Assembly (NCBI RefSeq): GCF_006345805.1
Contig: NC_042998.1
Coordinates: forward strand, 192,634,001 to 192,698,000
DNA: 64,000 bases
Direction: 5' to 3'
Source: Octopus sinensis
Lineage: Eukaryota
This document shows, piece after piece, positions 39,210 through 52,489 of this stretch. The notes under the pieces are model-generated. The model was not told the origin of the DNA. It did no database searches and was given only the letters and a program-made list of their open reading frames with translations. Every line of letters begins with the position of its first letter. Position 1 is the stretch's first letter. The translations under genes were made by a program, and so were the position numbers.

Positions 39210-39934
39210 ACAGCTTAATTTTCTTAATCTTAAATAATTTTATACATTACACACACACACTATGTATGTGTGTGTGTGTTTCGATTATGTATTTTAATGT
39301 ATTGCTAGTTTAATTATGTTTGTTGTGTTTTTAATCAGTCTATTAACCTCATCATTTCTGTTTCAATTCACTGTTGCATTCCGTTTATTCTTCTACACCT
39401 GAAGACAACAGAATAGATTAAAATATATAAATAAACCAAAAAAAAAAAGTCTTGGATATACAGTCTCACATATTTCTTAAAAAGCAAACATTTTCTGAAC
39501 ACACAATCAAATAAACTTATTTAAAAAATCCCCCAGACATTCTGTGATCATAAATGTCATGACTAAGTTTTTTTTAAGTTTGATTTACTAATAAATTTTA
39601 GAAGTAGTTATATTTTGTTGTTATATTTGAAGAATCTTATCTTATGTTCTTATTTCATTTTGATTTTCATCACAGCTGGATATATTTACACAATAAAATG
39701 TATGATTTCATACTGACGTATATCGCACACTCAGAGATAAGAACAGTGGAATTGTGTATTATTATTATTATTATTATTATTATTACATTTTTTTTTTTGG
39801 TATAAGTGATTTCAATTAACTCCACCTGAAATCCCAAACCATATCATTGCTACAGCTCAATTTAAGCTAAATTCTTTAAGTATAGTGACCATCATACAGA
39901 TTCTGATAAAAAAAAAAGAAAATATTTACCATAC

Positions 39935-40335
39935 GAGGGAGATCGTTGCCAGAGCAACAAGCTGGCCTCCATGCCGATGGCACGTTAAGCAAACCATTTG
40001 AGCGTGATCATTACCGCGTCGCCTTACTAGCACCTGTGCTGGTGGCACATGAAACATTCAAGCGAGGTTGTCACCAGTGCTGCCAGACTGGCTTCTGTGC
40101 AGGTGGCACGTAAAAAGCACCATTTGGGCATGGCCGTTGCCAGTACCCCCAAACTGGCCCTCATGCCGGTGGCACGTAAAAGCACCCACTACACTCTCGG
40201 AGTGGTTGGCGTTAGGAAGGACATCCAGCTGTAGAAACTCTGCCAGATCAGATTGGAGTCTGGTTTGCCAGACCTCAGTCAAATCGTCCAACCCATGCTA
40301 GCATGGAAAGTGGACGTTAAATGATAATGATGATG
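39935..40335 (+). mobile_element. Family C element
   Basis: VNTR, core, tail. Confidence 0.8.
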
Positions 40336-40896
40336 ATTTAGTAATCAAATTTCCAATTTAAAATATCTATACACTTTCTTGGTAATAAGTTGCACAAAAC
40401 TTATACCCTAAAGCCCTGAAAGTTGCTATTGCCTGTCAGCTCTGATTAGTTACTAACATCTACAAGGCTCAAGAAGCTTAAGGGCAGCTCATATTGAAGT
40501 ACTGCCCACATCTATAGGACGATACTATTGCTCTATATGCATCGTCCTGGATTACATTTCCAAAATGATATTCATTTGACTGGTAAAGTTTTACTCATCA
40601 ACACTTTCCAATCACTAACCACCAACTATGTTGTTCTACTCATCCCTGCTCCTGGGGTAACACTTCTACAACAGCCTCTGAACTATTGTTTTTGCAAGCT
40701 GTATATCATCTCTTATCAAGCCAACTCTATGTTTCTACCTCTTCTTCTTAGAACCTAATAGATCACACCCCATCGTATCATAATCTATGAAACTACATAA
40801 GTGCTTTGAACTAAATAGGTAAAAAAAAACAACAACAAAAAATTGGCTTTTTAAGTTCATTTATTTGCATAATCAATTTATAGTTTTTAATGAATT

Positions 40897-41300
40897 CATC
40901 ATCATCGTCATCATTGTTTAACGTCCACTTTCCATGCTAGCATGGGTTGGATGATTTTGACTGAGGGCTGGCAAACCAGATAGCTGAACCAGGCTCCAAT
41001 CTTGAGTTGGCAGAGTTTCTACAGCTGGATGCCATTCCTAATACCAACCACTTCGAGAGTGTAGTGGGTGCTTTTTACATGCTACTAGCATGGGCACCAG
41101 TCAGGTGGTACTGGCAACGACCTCGCTGGAATCTTTTTACACATTCCACCGGCACAGGTGCCAGTAAGGCGACGCTGGTAATGATCATGCTCGAATGGTG
41201 CCCTTTAACGTGCCACTGGCACGGAAGCCAGTTAGCCACTCTGGCAACAATAAATGCTCAGATGGTGCTCTTGGCACCCTACTAGCATGGGCACAAGTGC
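40897..41300 (-). mobile_element. Family C element
   Basis: Tail, core, VNTR. Confidence 0.8.
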
Positions 41301-41679
41301 AACAATATTCATTGCTTTAAATTAGGTTCACATGCAATAACTAGATAAATATTCATGGATTCTAAACATCCAAGGACCTTTTCTTATCTCTAGCTTTCCT
41401 AGTCGTATGTGGATGCTGGCTTACCATCTATAGGAATTGACTTCAGCATTGAGAACCAAAAAATCATTGATATGATATTCCAGTGTAATAATATTGGTTT
41501 GCTGCCATGAATTAAACCACTTGTGGAACCTATTTAATGTCAGGTCAAATTAACAAGGGGTCTTTTATGTAGTTATGTGAGAAATAGAGGCTAAATTTCT
41601 CTCAAACCACAGCCTACCATCTTAAAAAAGGGAAGGCATGATAGTGATGTAATTTTAGATTTAAAAAAACGATTGGATG

Positions 41680-42160
41680 GTCATCCCTGAAATATTGTGC
41701 CAGTGGCACATAAAAGGCACCATTCGAGTGTGATCATTACCAGCATCGCCTTACTGGCACTTATGCCCGTGCTAGTAGGGTGCCAAGAGCACCATCCGAG
41801 TGTGATCATTGCCAGAGCGGCTAACTGGCTTCCATGCCGGTGGCACGTAAAAGGGCACCATTTGAGCATGATCATTACCAACATCACCTTACTGGCAGCT
41901 GTGCCGGTGGCATGTGTAAAAAGATTCGAGTGAGGTCATTGCCAGTACCGCCTGACTGGCCCCCGTGCTGGTGGCATGTAAAATAGCACCCACTACACTC
42001 TCAGAGGGGTTGGCGTTAGGAAGGACATCCAGCAGTAGAAACTCTGCCAGATCAAGATTGGAGCCTGGTGCAGCCATCTGGTTCGCCAGCCCTCAGTCAA
42101 AATCGTCCAACCCATGCTAGCATGGAAAGCGGATGTTAAACGATGATGATGATCATGATG
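41680..42160 (+). mobile_element. Family C element
   Basis: VNTR, core, tail. Confidence 0.8.
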
Positions 42161-43206
42161 GCATTTGACCTTGGTATAATCAACAACAACATTTTAGCTG
42201 TTAAGAATATAGTTCATTGGTTATGGATACAGAAAACAGCATTCACAAAAATCTGAACAGCTGATCTCTGGAAGTAATGAATATTGGGGGAAAATCATAT
42301 GTTTGGTTTAAAATACCCAAACAGGACCAGTAAAAGATTAGATCTGGAGATTCTGAGTCTCATGAATAAGATAAAATATGGCTGAGATGAAGATTAATTT
42401 TCTATATGGCAAACTCATTCAGAACATGTCAGCATGGGAGAATAGACCTTAAATCAATGATGGAGATGATGACAGATCTACCATGGTTTTCAATAATTAC
42501 TAAAATTATCTGTTGCATAGAAAATATCACATGCTGTGATATGTTAATCCGAATGACAAGCCTGAAAGATATTCATATGTCAAACCATAACATTTATATT
42601 AGCATAAAGTAATGATGGGCATGGTGTGAGGCTGAAATTTATGATTAATTTTTACCTTAAAACAATATTTTCTGTGTGGCTTAACTAATCTCTGCTCTTA
42701 CAGTTTTCTTAAAAGTTTTCCATATTCACTTATAGCCATCTCTTATTTGTAGATGCCATGTTAAAATTAAATATCTTCATAAAGCCTGAATGGATATGAA
42801 ATAAGATGTTCATTATTAACCATTCATTAATACAAATATTACAAAATTAATTTTATAATCAGTTTCTGTCCTTTTGATGTTAATTAATATTTATATAAAA
42901 AATAATCCGAGTACAAATTCTTGCCTGGTATGCCAATAATAATTGATAAATTTACTAAATTTAATAAATTTGTTAAATGAAAACTCAAATCCTTGTGGTG
43001 GATTTTAATATCTCTTGTGACTGAGGAATAAGTACATCCAGTTGTGTATGTATGTGTGTGTGATAAGTTAAATATCAAACAGGCTGTTGCTTGCCATACA
43101 GAGTTTAGAACCAGGATTAATATCAAATGGAAGAAGTGGGTGGTGACAGGAAACTGATCTCAAGAGTAGTTTGGCTCAAATCACAGGAGTGGGCTTGGCC
43201 AAACCA

Positions 43207-43585
43207 AGGAGTGGCTGTGTGGTAAGTAGCTTGCTTACCAACCACATGGTTCCAGGTTCAGTCCCACTGCGTGGCACCTTGGGCAAGTGTCTTAGACTAT
43301 AGCTTCGGGCCGATCAAAGCCTTGTGAGTGGATTTGGTAGACGGAAACTGAAAGAAGCCTGTCGTATATATGTATATGTATGTGTGTGTTTGTCCCCCAA
43401 CATTGCTTGACAACCGATGCTGGTGTGTTTACGTCCCCGTAACTTAGCAGTTCGGCAAAAGAGAGCGATAGAATAAGTACTAAGCTTACAAAGAAGAAGT
43501 CCTGGAGCCGATTTCTTCGACTAAAGGCGGTGCTCCAGCATGGCCACAATCAAATGGCTGAAACAAGTAAAAGGGTAAAAGGGTA
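43207..43585 (+). mobile_element. SINE family A
   Basis: Full-length match. Confidence 0.85.
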
Positions 43586-43916
43586 TCCAACAAGGAGTCT
43601 TATACATGGTAGCACAATCTACTAGAAATAACAGCTAAATTTCAAATCCCATCCTACCATCTTAAAGAAGTAGACTTATGACAATGAAGTCCCTGATATA
43701 TGGGCGGAAAAAAGCATGGATATTGCTAGAATACCTTTTGATCATTGGTTCAAAGCTAACTTGGAACTAAGCCACAACTAACTGTTAATTCTACTGCTTT
43801 TACTGTTTAGAACAAGTTCTTCATACTTTGTAATATCTATTTTCTACCAGGTGGAGTGGATCATTTAGGAAATTACTTTTGCTATGGAAACAATTCGGTA
43901 TCCGCGAAACAATTCA

Positions 43917-44330
43917 AGGCGGTGAGCTGGCAGAAACGTTAGCCACACCGGGTGAAATGCTTAGTGGTATTTTGTCTACTACTACGTTCTGAGTTCAAAT
44001 TCTGCCGAGGTCAACATTGTCTTTCATCCTTTCGGGGTCGATTAAATAAGTACCAGTTACACCCTGGGGTCGATATAATCGACTTAATCCATTTGTCTGT
44101 CCTTGTTTATCCTCTCTGCGTTTAGCCTCTTGTGGCTAGTAAAGAAATAGGTATTTCGTCTGCCGTTACGTTCTGAGTTCAAATTCTGCCGAGGTCAACT
44201 TTGCCTTTCATCCTTTTGGGTTCAATAAATTAAGTACCAGTTATGCCCTGGGGGCCGATGTAATCGACTTAATGTTCTTGTTTGTCCCCTCTATGTTTAG
44301 CCCCTTGTCGGCAATGAAGAAATAAGAAAT
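43917..44330 (+). mobile_element. SINE family B, head + 2 units
   Basis: Junction gaaataggtatttcg near 44150. Confidence 0.85.
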
Positions 44331-44630
44331 AATTCAGTATCAGTGAAAGATTATAAACTGCTGACATATTCGCTGGTTATTCAGTATTCCAGCCATTCAG
44401 ACATCTGTGTTCTCATAGAAATATTTGGAACATTTGAATCTTCTTCAAATTAAAGAAAATGTGTGTATTATAACTGATTTTAATGGCATTGAATATCACA
44501 AGGTTTCAAAATTGTATGAAACAAAAACCCCAAAAATTCTTTTCACTTTTCTTGATGCAAGTTGCAACTTATTTGTGTACGTGTGTGAGATGAATTTATT
44601 TCTTGCAGTTTTCAACTTAATCTTTGTAAT

Positions 44631-44839
44631 TTACTCTTTTACTTGTTTCAGTCATTTTGACTGCGGCCATGCTGGAGCACCTCCTTTAGTCGAGCAAATC
44701 GACCCCAGGACTTATTCTTTGTAAGCCTAGTACTTATTCTATCGGTCTCTTTTGCTGAACTGCTAAGTTACGGGGACGTAAACACACCGGCATCGGTTGT
44801 CAAGCGATGTTGGGGGGACAAACACAGACACACAAACAT

Positions 44840-44882
<43 letters not shown>

Positions 44883-45039
44883 TATGACGGGCTTATTTCA
44901 GTTTCTGTCTACCAAATTTACTCACAAGGCTTTGGTCGGCCCAAGGCTATAGTAGAAGACACTTGCCCAAGGTGCCACACAGTGGGATTGAACCTGGAAC
45001 CATGTGGTTGGTAAGCAAGCTACTTACCACACAGCCACT
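44631..45039 (-). mobile_element. SINE family A
   Basis: Full-length match. Confidence 0.85.
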
Positions 45040-45273
45040 TTCCATATATCTCTTATTAAATGCCTTCTCATATTTTTTTTTCATGCAAACATTTATAGGT
45101 TAATTTATAATGCTAATTATATTGGGTTTTGGGTTTCTAAAAATATCTTCTGTTTTGTTATTATCTGCAACCTGTTGTGAAATGCTTAATATCATAGATA
45201 ACTTTTATCTGGAACTATTTGTTGTCCTTCTTGCTGTCTTATTAGATAGCATCAACATTATTTTTATTCACAA

Positions 45274-45670
45274 CTAGCAGTATCGCCCGGCATTGCTCGG
45301 GTTTGTTAGGAAAATAGCTATATAAGCATTTTTAGAGATGTAAAGTATAATAGCCATCTCAATATGGCTAACCACAAAGCGGGGTGTTACTGTAGCTTTT
45401 TACGTTCTGAGATTTAATAATACATTTTTAGAGAGTTACTTCCCCTATATAATAGCAAGAAAATGCATTAAAAATGGGAAAAAAAATGATTGTAAATTTT
45501 TTTTTAAATCGTAGACTCATCGTAGACGCGTGCTAATACCCAAAAGAGCTCGATATGAATCACGACTATAAGATACCCGCTTTTGGTTACACTGCACCGC
45601 AAAATGCGGGAGTAGTTAGGAATCTAAATCGTAGGAGACAGACACACAACTTCACTTTTATATATAAAGA
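45274..45670 (-). mobile_element. Non-autonomous Helitron-type element
   Basis: A|TCTTTATATATAAAAG...cccgagcaatgccgggcgatactgCTAG|T; interior partly shared with the 26997 copy. Confidence 0.75.
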
Positions 45671-45972
45671 TTAGCTGTATGTACATTAAAAACAAAGTAC
45701 AATATCTTGGAGTTGTACTTGCCTGACAAGTGATTTGATCTGAGACCATGTTTTGAAACTAATGCAATTACAGCATGAAAGACACACTTAAACCATTCAA
45801 AAACACACAAAAACTTCAGTTAATCAGTTATTATTTGGTGTCAAAATTTTCATCACACTGTCTGCCACCTGGTCATTGACACAGTGCCATCGCAACTGGC
45901 TTGGGACAAAGCTGTTGACCAGTATATATAGGTTTCAGGGTTTTAAATATAATATTTTTCTTTTGTGTTTAT

Positions 45973-46137
45973 AGGTACTGGAGTGGCTGTGTGGTAAATA
46001 GCTTGTATATCAACAACATGATTCCAGGTTCGGTCCCACTGCATGGCACCTTGGGCAAGTGTCTTTTACTATAGCCTCGGGCTGACCAAAGCCTTGCAAG
46101 TGGATTTGGTAGACAGAAACTGAAAGTAGCCTGTCAC

Positions 46138-46180
<43 letters not shown>

Positions 46181-46405
46181 TGTGTGTGAGTGTGTGTGTA
46201 TTTGTGTGTCTGTGTTTGTCCCCCCCATCGCTTGACAACCGATGTTGGTGTGTTTATGTCCCTGTATCTTAGTGATTTGGGGAAAGACACTGATAGACTA
46301 AGTACCGGGCTTACAAAGAATAAGTCCTGGTGTTGGTTTGTTCGACTAAAGGCAGTGCTCCAGTATGGCCGCAGTCAAAATGACTGAAGCAAAGAGGTAA
46401 AAGAG
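45973..46405 (+). mobile_element. SINE family A, diverged
   Basis: Full-length match. Confidence 0.8.
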
Positions 46406-46807
46406 TTTAGTCATCACCTGGTACTCACTGAACACAAGTGATGACTTCTGGTAGAATTGTGTAAGTAACCAATCAAAGATCGCATGATGAAAACTTTGAC
46501 ACCAAATAATAAATGGCTAAGTGAAGTTAAAGTTTGCGTGGGTCTTCCATACTGTTATTGCTATAATGAATATATTTGTATAGCATATTTAGGAATAATG
46601 AGTGTTTGTATCTGTTAACATACACAGTTTCAAGAGTTAATGCTCTGGATGAGGTTCAAAGCTTACATTAGACTTCAATTAGTGTCTGTGTTATAAAGCA
46701 ATGTATTCTGACTGAGTTAATCGCTGTGTAATATAAGGACTAGCATCTTAATCTACGTTCTTGAAAATATGCTCCACAGTTAAGTGGTTGATACTTAAGA
46801 ATATACT

Positions 46808-47015
46808 CATCATCATTATCATCATCATCGTTTAACATCCGCTTTCCATGCTAGCATGGGTTGGACGATTTTGATTGAGGGCTGGCGAACCAGATGGCTG
46901 CACCAGGCTCCAATCTTGATCTGGCAGAGTTTCTACAGCTGGATATATTTCCTAATGCCAACCACTCCTAGAGTGTAGTGGGTGCTTTTTATGTGCCATC
47001 GGCACAGGTGTGCCA
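46808..47015 (-). mobile_element. Family C element, short
   Basis: Tail and core. Confidence 0.8.
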
Positions 47016-47327
47016 CTCATCTGTTAAAGACCAATCCAAAAACATCTTCCCAACTCATGATATTTTTATGCAAATGGTTTTTACATTTAAGTATTTACGA
47101 GCTGCTCATTTTCTGTGTCTGAGAATATGGCCATAGTGAAACAACCATGTGATGTCAAGCTAACAAAGGAAGTCTCTGCTTCATTACTGGACTTAGTAAA
47201 TATATCAGAGAAATCTTTATATCATGCTCAACTACCTTTAAAAGAGGCCTACATTTAATAATATAGTGTTAAGCACATTATGTCTGGAGAAAGATAAAAG
47301 ATGGGGTAATCATGCAATTCTTTACAA

Positions 47328-47558
47328 TTTTTTATTGCCCACAAGGGGCTAAACATAGCGGGGACAAACAAGGACAGACAAAGGGACTAAATCGATTACA
47401 TAGACCCCAGTACATAACTGGTACTTATTTAATCGTCCCCGAAAGGATGAAAGGCAAAGTCGAACTTGGTGGAATTTGAACTCAGAACGTAGCGGCAGAC
47501 GAAATACTGCTAAGCATTTCGCCCGGCGTGCTAATGTTTCTGTCAGCTCACCACCTTG
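47328..47558 (-). mobile_element. SINE family B, single unit
   Basis: Head and body match. Confidence 0.85.
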
Positions 47559-47701
47559 CTATGGGATAATCATGGTTGGAGCACTTTCCATTAGCCATCT
47601 AATTTGGTTTATTCTAGGGCTAAAAAACATAAGAAAATGTTTAAATTTGAGGCTTATCATACCATACACAGTCAAAAAATGAATTTTGTATTCTCAGACA
47701 C

Positions 47702-47985
47702 TATAACTACCTACTTGTGGTAACCTTTTCTATCACTACTCCCCATTATATTTCAAATACAATTCACTGATTTCCCTTTTCACTTTCTTGATAAGGAACC
47801 TGAGCTCAAAATGTTATGTATTTTCTTGTTCTCATAGAAATGATATAACTACCTACTTGTGGTAACCTTTTCTATCACTACTCCCCATTATATTTCAAAT
47901 GCAGTTCACTGATTTCTCTCTTCACTTTCTTGATAAGGAGCCTGAGCTCAAAATGTTATGTATTTTCTTGTTCTCATAGAAATGC
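47702..47985. repeat. Direct tandem duplication of about 142 bp of non-TE-like sequence
   Basis: tataactacctacttgtggtaacc... starts at 47702 and 47844. Confidence 0.9.
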
Positions 47986-48329
47986 TATCATGTCTACTTT
48001 AGTTTTGCTGATGCAATGATCAAATTCACCCACTATACTCTGTAATGGGACAGGGATTAGAAAGGGTGTCCAGCTGTAGAAAACATGCCAAAATTGGAAC
48101 ATATCAATGAGATGTGGTCTCTGACCCATCTAAGAGGGCAGTGGCTCCACATAACCAACTCAGACCATAATGATTCGTCTAGTTCATGCCAACATGGAAA
48201 GCAGATGTAAAACAGTGAAGATGACTGTGGATGGTTATCAGTTTACCTATTTACCTTAGTTTATTTAAGCTAAAAAATATAGTTCCCATTTTATGTTTGA
48301 TCAATTAGCACAGTACTGAGATAATCTTA

Positions 48330-48750
48330 TAGGACCAGCGAGCTGGCAGAATCGTTAGCATGCCCGGCGAAATGCTTAGCAGTATTTCGTCTGCTGCTAT
48401 ATCCTGAGTTCAAATTCCGCCGAGGTCGACTTTGCCTTTCATCGTTTCGGGGTCGATTAAATAAGTACCAGTTACACACTGGGGTCGATGTAATCAACTT
48501 AATCTCTTTGTCTCTCCTTGTTTGTCTCCTCTATGTTTAGCCCCTTGTGGGTAGTAAAGAAATAGGTATTTCGTCTGCCGCTACATTCTGAGTTCAAATT
48601 CTGCCAAGGTCAACTTTGCCTTTCATCTTTTCGGAGTCGATTAAATAAGTGCCTGTTACACACTGGGGTCGATGTAATCGACTCAATCCCTTTGTCTGTC
48701 CTTGTTTGTCTCTTCTATGTTTAGCCCCTTGTGGACAATAAAGAAATAAA
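48330..48750 (+). mobile_element. SINE family B, head + 2 units
   Basis: Flanked by repeated aatcttataggacc (probable TSD). Confidence 0.85.
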
Positions 48751-49175
48751 TCTTATAGGACCTAAACTAAAGGTGTGTCTAAGCTGTTCAATGTCTTTAA
48801 TTAAAAATAGATATAACATACTTTCTGACATCTACCAGACTGTGCATCTTCTCAGACAGACATAAGCTCACTTTATTATTTCATATCATAACAAATACAA
48901 GCTACAGAATTCAGTTATTGTCTATATATATACACCTATGCAATAAGAGGTTTCCAAATAGGAAAGTGTTGTGCTAGAAAGAGCAGTAGAAATCTCAAAC
49001 CCACAAAAAAAGGATAAATTTTCGAAAGGAATGAAAATTAAAAACGTTTACCATCTCAACTATTTCCCATACCATGGTTTCTAACTATTTCCAGCAAACA
49101 AATATTCGCTGAATATTATTATTATATTTATTATGTTTAAATATTATTTATTATGTTTATATACACCTATGTGTG

Positions 49176-49515
49176 TGAAGGCGCATGGCTCAGTGGTTAG
49201 AGCGTCGAGCTTACGATCGTGAGGTTGTGAGCTCGAATCCCGGACGGGGCTGCGTGTTGTGTTCTTGAGCAAGGCACTTTATTTCACGTTGCTCCAGTTC
49301 ACTCAGCTGTAGAAATGAGTTGCGACGTCACAGGTGCCAAGCTGTATCGGCCCTTGCCTTTCTCTTGGACAACATCGGTGACGTGGAGAGGGGAGGCCGG
49401 TATGCATGGGCGACTGCTGGTCTTCCATAAAACAACCTTGTCCAGACTTGTGCCTCAGAGGGTATCTCTCTAGGTGCAAACCCATGGTCAGTGCCTGACC
49501 GAAGGGGGTCTTTAC
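49176..49515 (+). mobile_element. SINE family D, followed by a family A 3' half (to about 49750)
   Basis: Matches 29674-30006. Confidence 0.85.
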
Positions 49516-49750
49516 CCATGTGTGTGTCTTTATGTTTGTCCTCCACTACTGCTTGACAACCGGTATTGGTGTGTTTATATGCCTGTAACTTAGCAGTTTG
49601 GCAAAAGAGACAGATAGAATAAGTACTAGGCCTAAAGAAGGAAAATAAATCCTGGTGTCGATTTGTTCACATAAAAACCCTTCAAGGCAGTATGTCAGCA
49701 TGACCACAGTCATATGACTGAAAAAAAAATAAAAAACAAAAGATAAAAGC

Positions 49751-49980
49751 AATTGCAGCATGGAAGGTGTTTGTAAGCCATTTAAGAAACACACAAAAGC
49801 CGTTCGATTCACTTCAACATTTAAGTTTAATTTGTCGAAATATTTTCGTCGCTTTACGACCGCGACCTGTTCACAGACAAAAATCCGGGCTTACAAACAC
49901 CTTCCACCTGTGCTGCAATTGTTTTCGTTTCAGCACACGATCTCAGATCAAATCACTTGCTATGCGAGTACATCTCCGTA
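49751..49980. mobile_element. Rearranged copy of the 8229-type MITE
   Basis: Shared interior and terminal gatc...cacttgctatgc.agtacatctc; internal inverted repeat. Confidence 0.6.
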
Positions 49981-50767
49981 AAAAGATAAAAAGATAATAA
50001 TTGAAAGTTAAATCTACGACTGACATTCTTCTGGAATCTACTGCTTCAATTTCAACTTAGTTTTCTCTCAGACAAAAACTTTAAATTCTAATTGAAAAGT
50101 TTGGCTTCATGAAAGAAATTGTATTTGCTCAATGTTTTCTGCTTCTCTTGTGAACATACATCAGTGATGTTGATTTGAAAATTGTGTAAAAATCATTTTA
50201 TAGACTTATTTCTTTAATCTTTAATCTTTAGGCCAAAGTTGTTATGAAAGTGAAATAAATCCTCACACCTATATTTGCTGAAATAAATGAGATTTTAATT
50301 AAAATATGCAATAAATTATCTTTATTATTTATAACTTATCAATATTTTTAGGGTGGGTGGGTAGATAGCAGAATCAGAAAAGCAATGAACTAAATGCTTT
50401 TTGATATTTAGTTCCATCTCTATGTTCTGGGTTTAAATCAATAAAACCCCAGTCAAGTAACGGAGTTGATTTAAATGCTTATACTCCTCCTTTCTGCTCT
50501 AAATTTCTGGTTTTGTGCCAAAATAAGAAAAATATCTACCAATTTTTTTTTTCTTACTTGCATAATAAGCCTACAAAATGGCCTTTCAATGATACCTAAC
50601 TTTGGTAATATCCTCCGTTAACTCAGATAGCTATCATTAACCCTCACAATATCATCTTTCCTCAGTTAGCCTTGCTTCTTTTTTTATCTTAATAAATTTA
50701 CTCATGTCTTCACAAGTTAACAGGATTACCTTTACGTAGTCAAAGGACCTGCTAGAAATAGTAGCAT

Positions 50768-51535
50768 AGGCGGTGAGCTGGCAGAAACGTTAACACGCCG
50801 GGCGAAATGCTTAGTGGTATCTTGCCTGCCATTAAGTTCTGAGTTCAAATTCTGCCGAGGTCGACTTTGCCTTTCATCCTTTCGGGGTTGATGAAATAAG
50901 TACCAGTTACGCACTGGGGTCGATATAATCGACTTAATCCATTTGTCTGTCCTTGTTTATCCTCTCTGTGTTTAACCCCTTGTGGGTCGTAAAGAAATAG
51001 GTATTTCGTCTGCCGCTACGTTCTGAGTTCAAATTCCGCCGAAGTCGACTTTGCCTTTCATCCTTTCGGGGTGGATTAAATAAGTACCAGTTACGCACTG
51101 GGGTCGATATAATCGACTTAATCCATTTGTCCTCTCTGTGTTTGGCTCCTTGTGGGTAGTAAAGAAATAGGTATTTCATCTGCCGCTACGTTCTGAGTTC
51201 AAATTCCGCCGAAGTCGACTTTGCCTTTCATCCTTTCGGGGTGGATTAAATAAGTACCAGTTACGCACTGGGGGTCGATATAATCGACTTAATCCATTTG
51301 TCCTCTCTGTGTTTGGCTCCTTGTGGGTAGTAAAGAAATAGGTATTTCATCTGCCGCTACATTCTGAGTTCAAATTCCGCCGAAGTCGACTTTGCCTTTC
51401 ATCCTTTCAGGGTAGATTAAATAAGTACCAGTTAAGCACTGGGGTTGATATAATCGACTTAATCCGTTTGTCTGTCCTTGTTTGTCCCGTCTGTGTTTAA
51501 CCCCTTGTGGGCAGTAAAGAAATAAGAAATAGAAA
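50768..51535 (+). mobile_element. SINE family B, head + 4 units
   Basis: Units 2 and 3 share a short deletion; units 2-4 share gaagtcgac. Confidence 0.9.
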
Positions 51536-52489
51536 TATAGTCTTAAGACACATTCTGTTTTATTAGAGAAAGAACTCATTAGCTAATGTTGTTCTAGATA
51601 TACTGTGTCTGAAAAATGAAAAAAATAGATTGGAGATGATAATGGTTGTAATTCTTTAGGTCTTAGTTCTTGGTCAGTTTTAACTTGAGGCTAAACAATA
51701 ACAACCCATGTTCTCTAATTGTCTCTCCATCTCTCTCTCTTACTCTCAGTTGCTTCTTTCCTTTCAGCAAGAAAATATTTTCAAACAGTGAATCATAGAG
51801 CCAAAAAAATATAAAATGTAGTGAAGAATTTAAAACAAGAAGAAACACAAGTAACTAATATTATACAAGCAACCACAAAATTTCCTTCTTGATAGATGAT
51901 ATTGTTTACAGAAAGAAAAAAAAAACAAAAAAAAAACAAACAAAAAAAACAACAAAAAAAACATCAACTGCAAATGCTTTAAGTGAAAGAGTAAAAATAA
52001 AAAAAAATATAGCCAAAAGCAATGTTTAGATTCTTTTTTCAAGTGATAGTGATGTGATGTGCAACAGTGACAGTTATTGAATTGGAGCTCGCTGCCATCT
52101 TTCATGACTATTTTCAGCTATCAGCTAATTTCAAAAATGAAACATTTCTTTAAATTACTTTCTTGGCACACTTCGTTCTAGTTGCAGCTGTGATATAACA
52201 ATCCATGCCAGGATCCTTTGGCTACTACAACGTTTACTAATAATCTTAAGCTATTAAATTTCTGCCAAGATGGGATTTAAAACGCTTGTAAAGTAGTTTT
52301 GTGTTGGTTAGTTATAGGAACCAATAAATGCTTCTTGGCCTACATGTGTGTTTCAGAATTACTTTGATAACATCAACAATTCTGTGCCATCTGCATTTGA
52401 AATCTTTTTAATTCTTTCTAACTGTTTTCCTCTCGTGTTATTTAAAAGGCATTTGGAACTGAAACGGTGCTAGTTCTTGCTCTGCTTCT

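Noticed and set aside
40480-40800. Possible CR1/L2 remnant; similar faint RTE traces at 12950-13200, 17881-18300 and 35200-35660
   Set aside because: Too decayed to support a call without alignment
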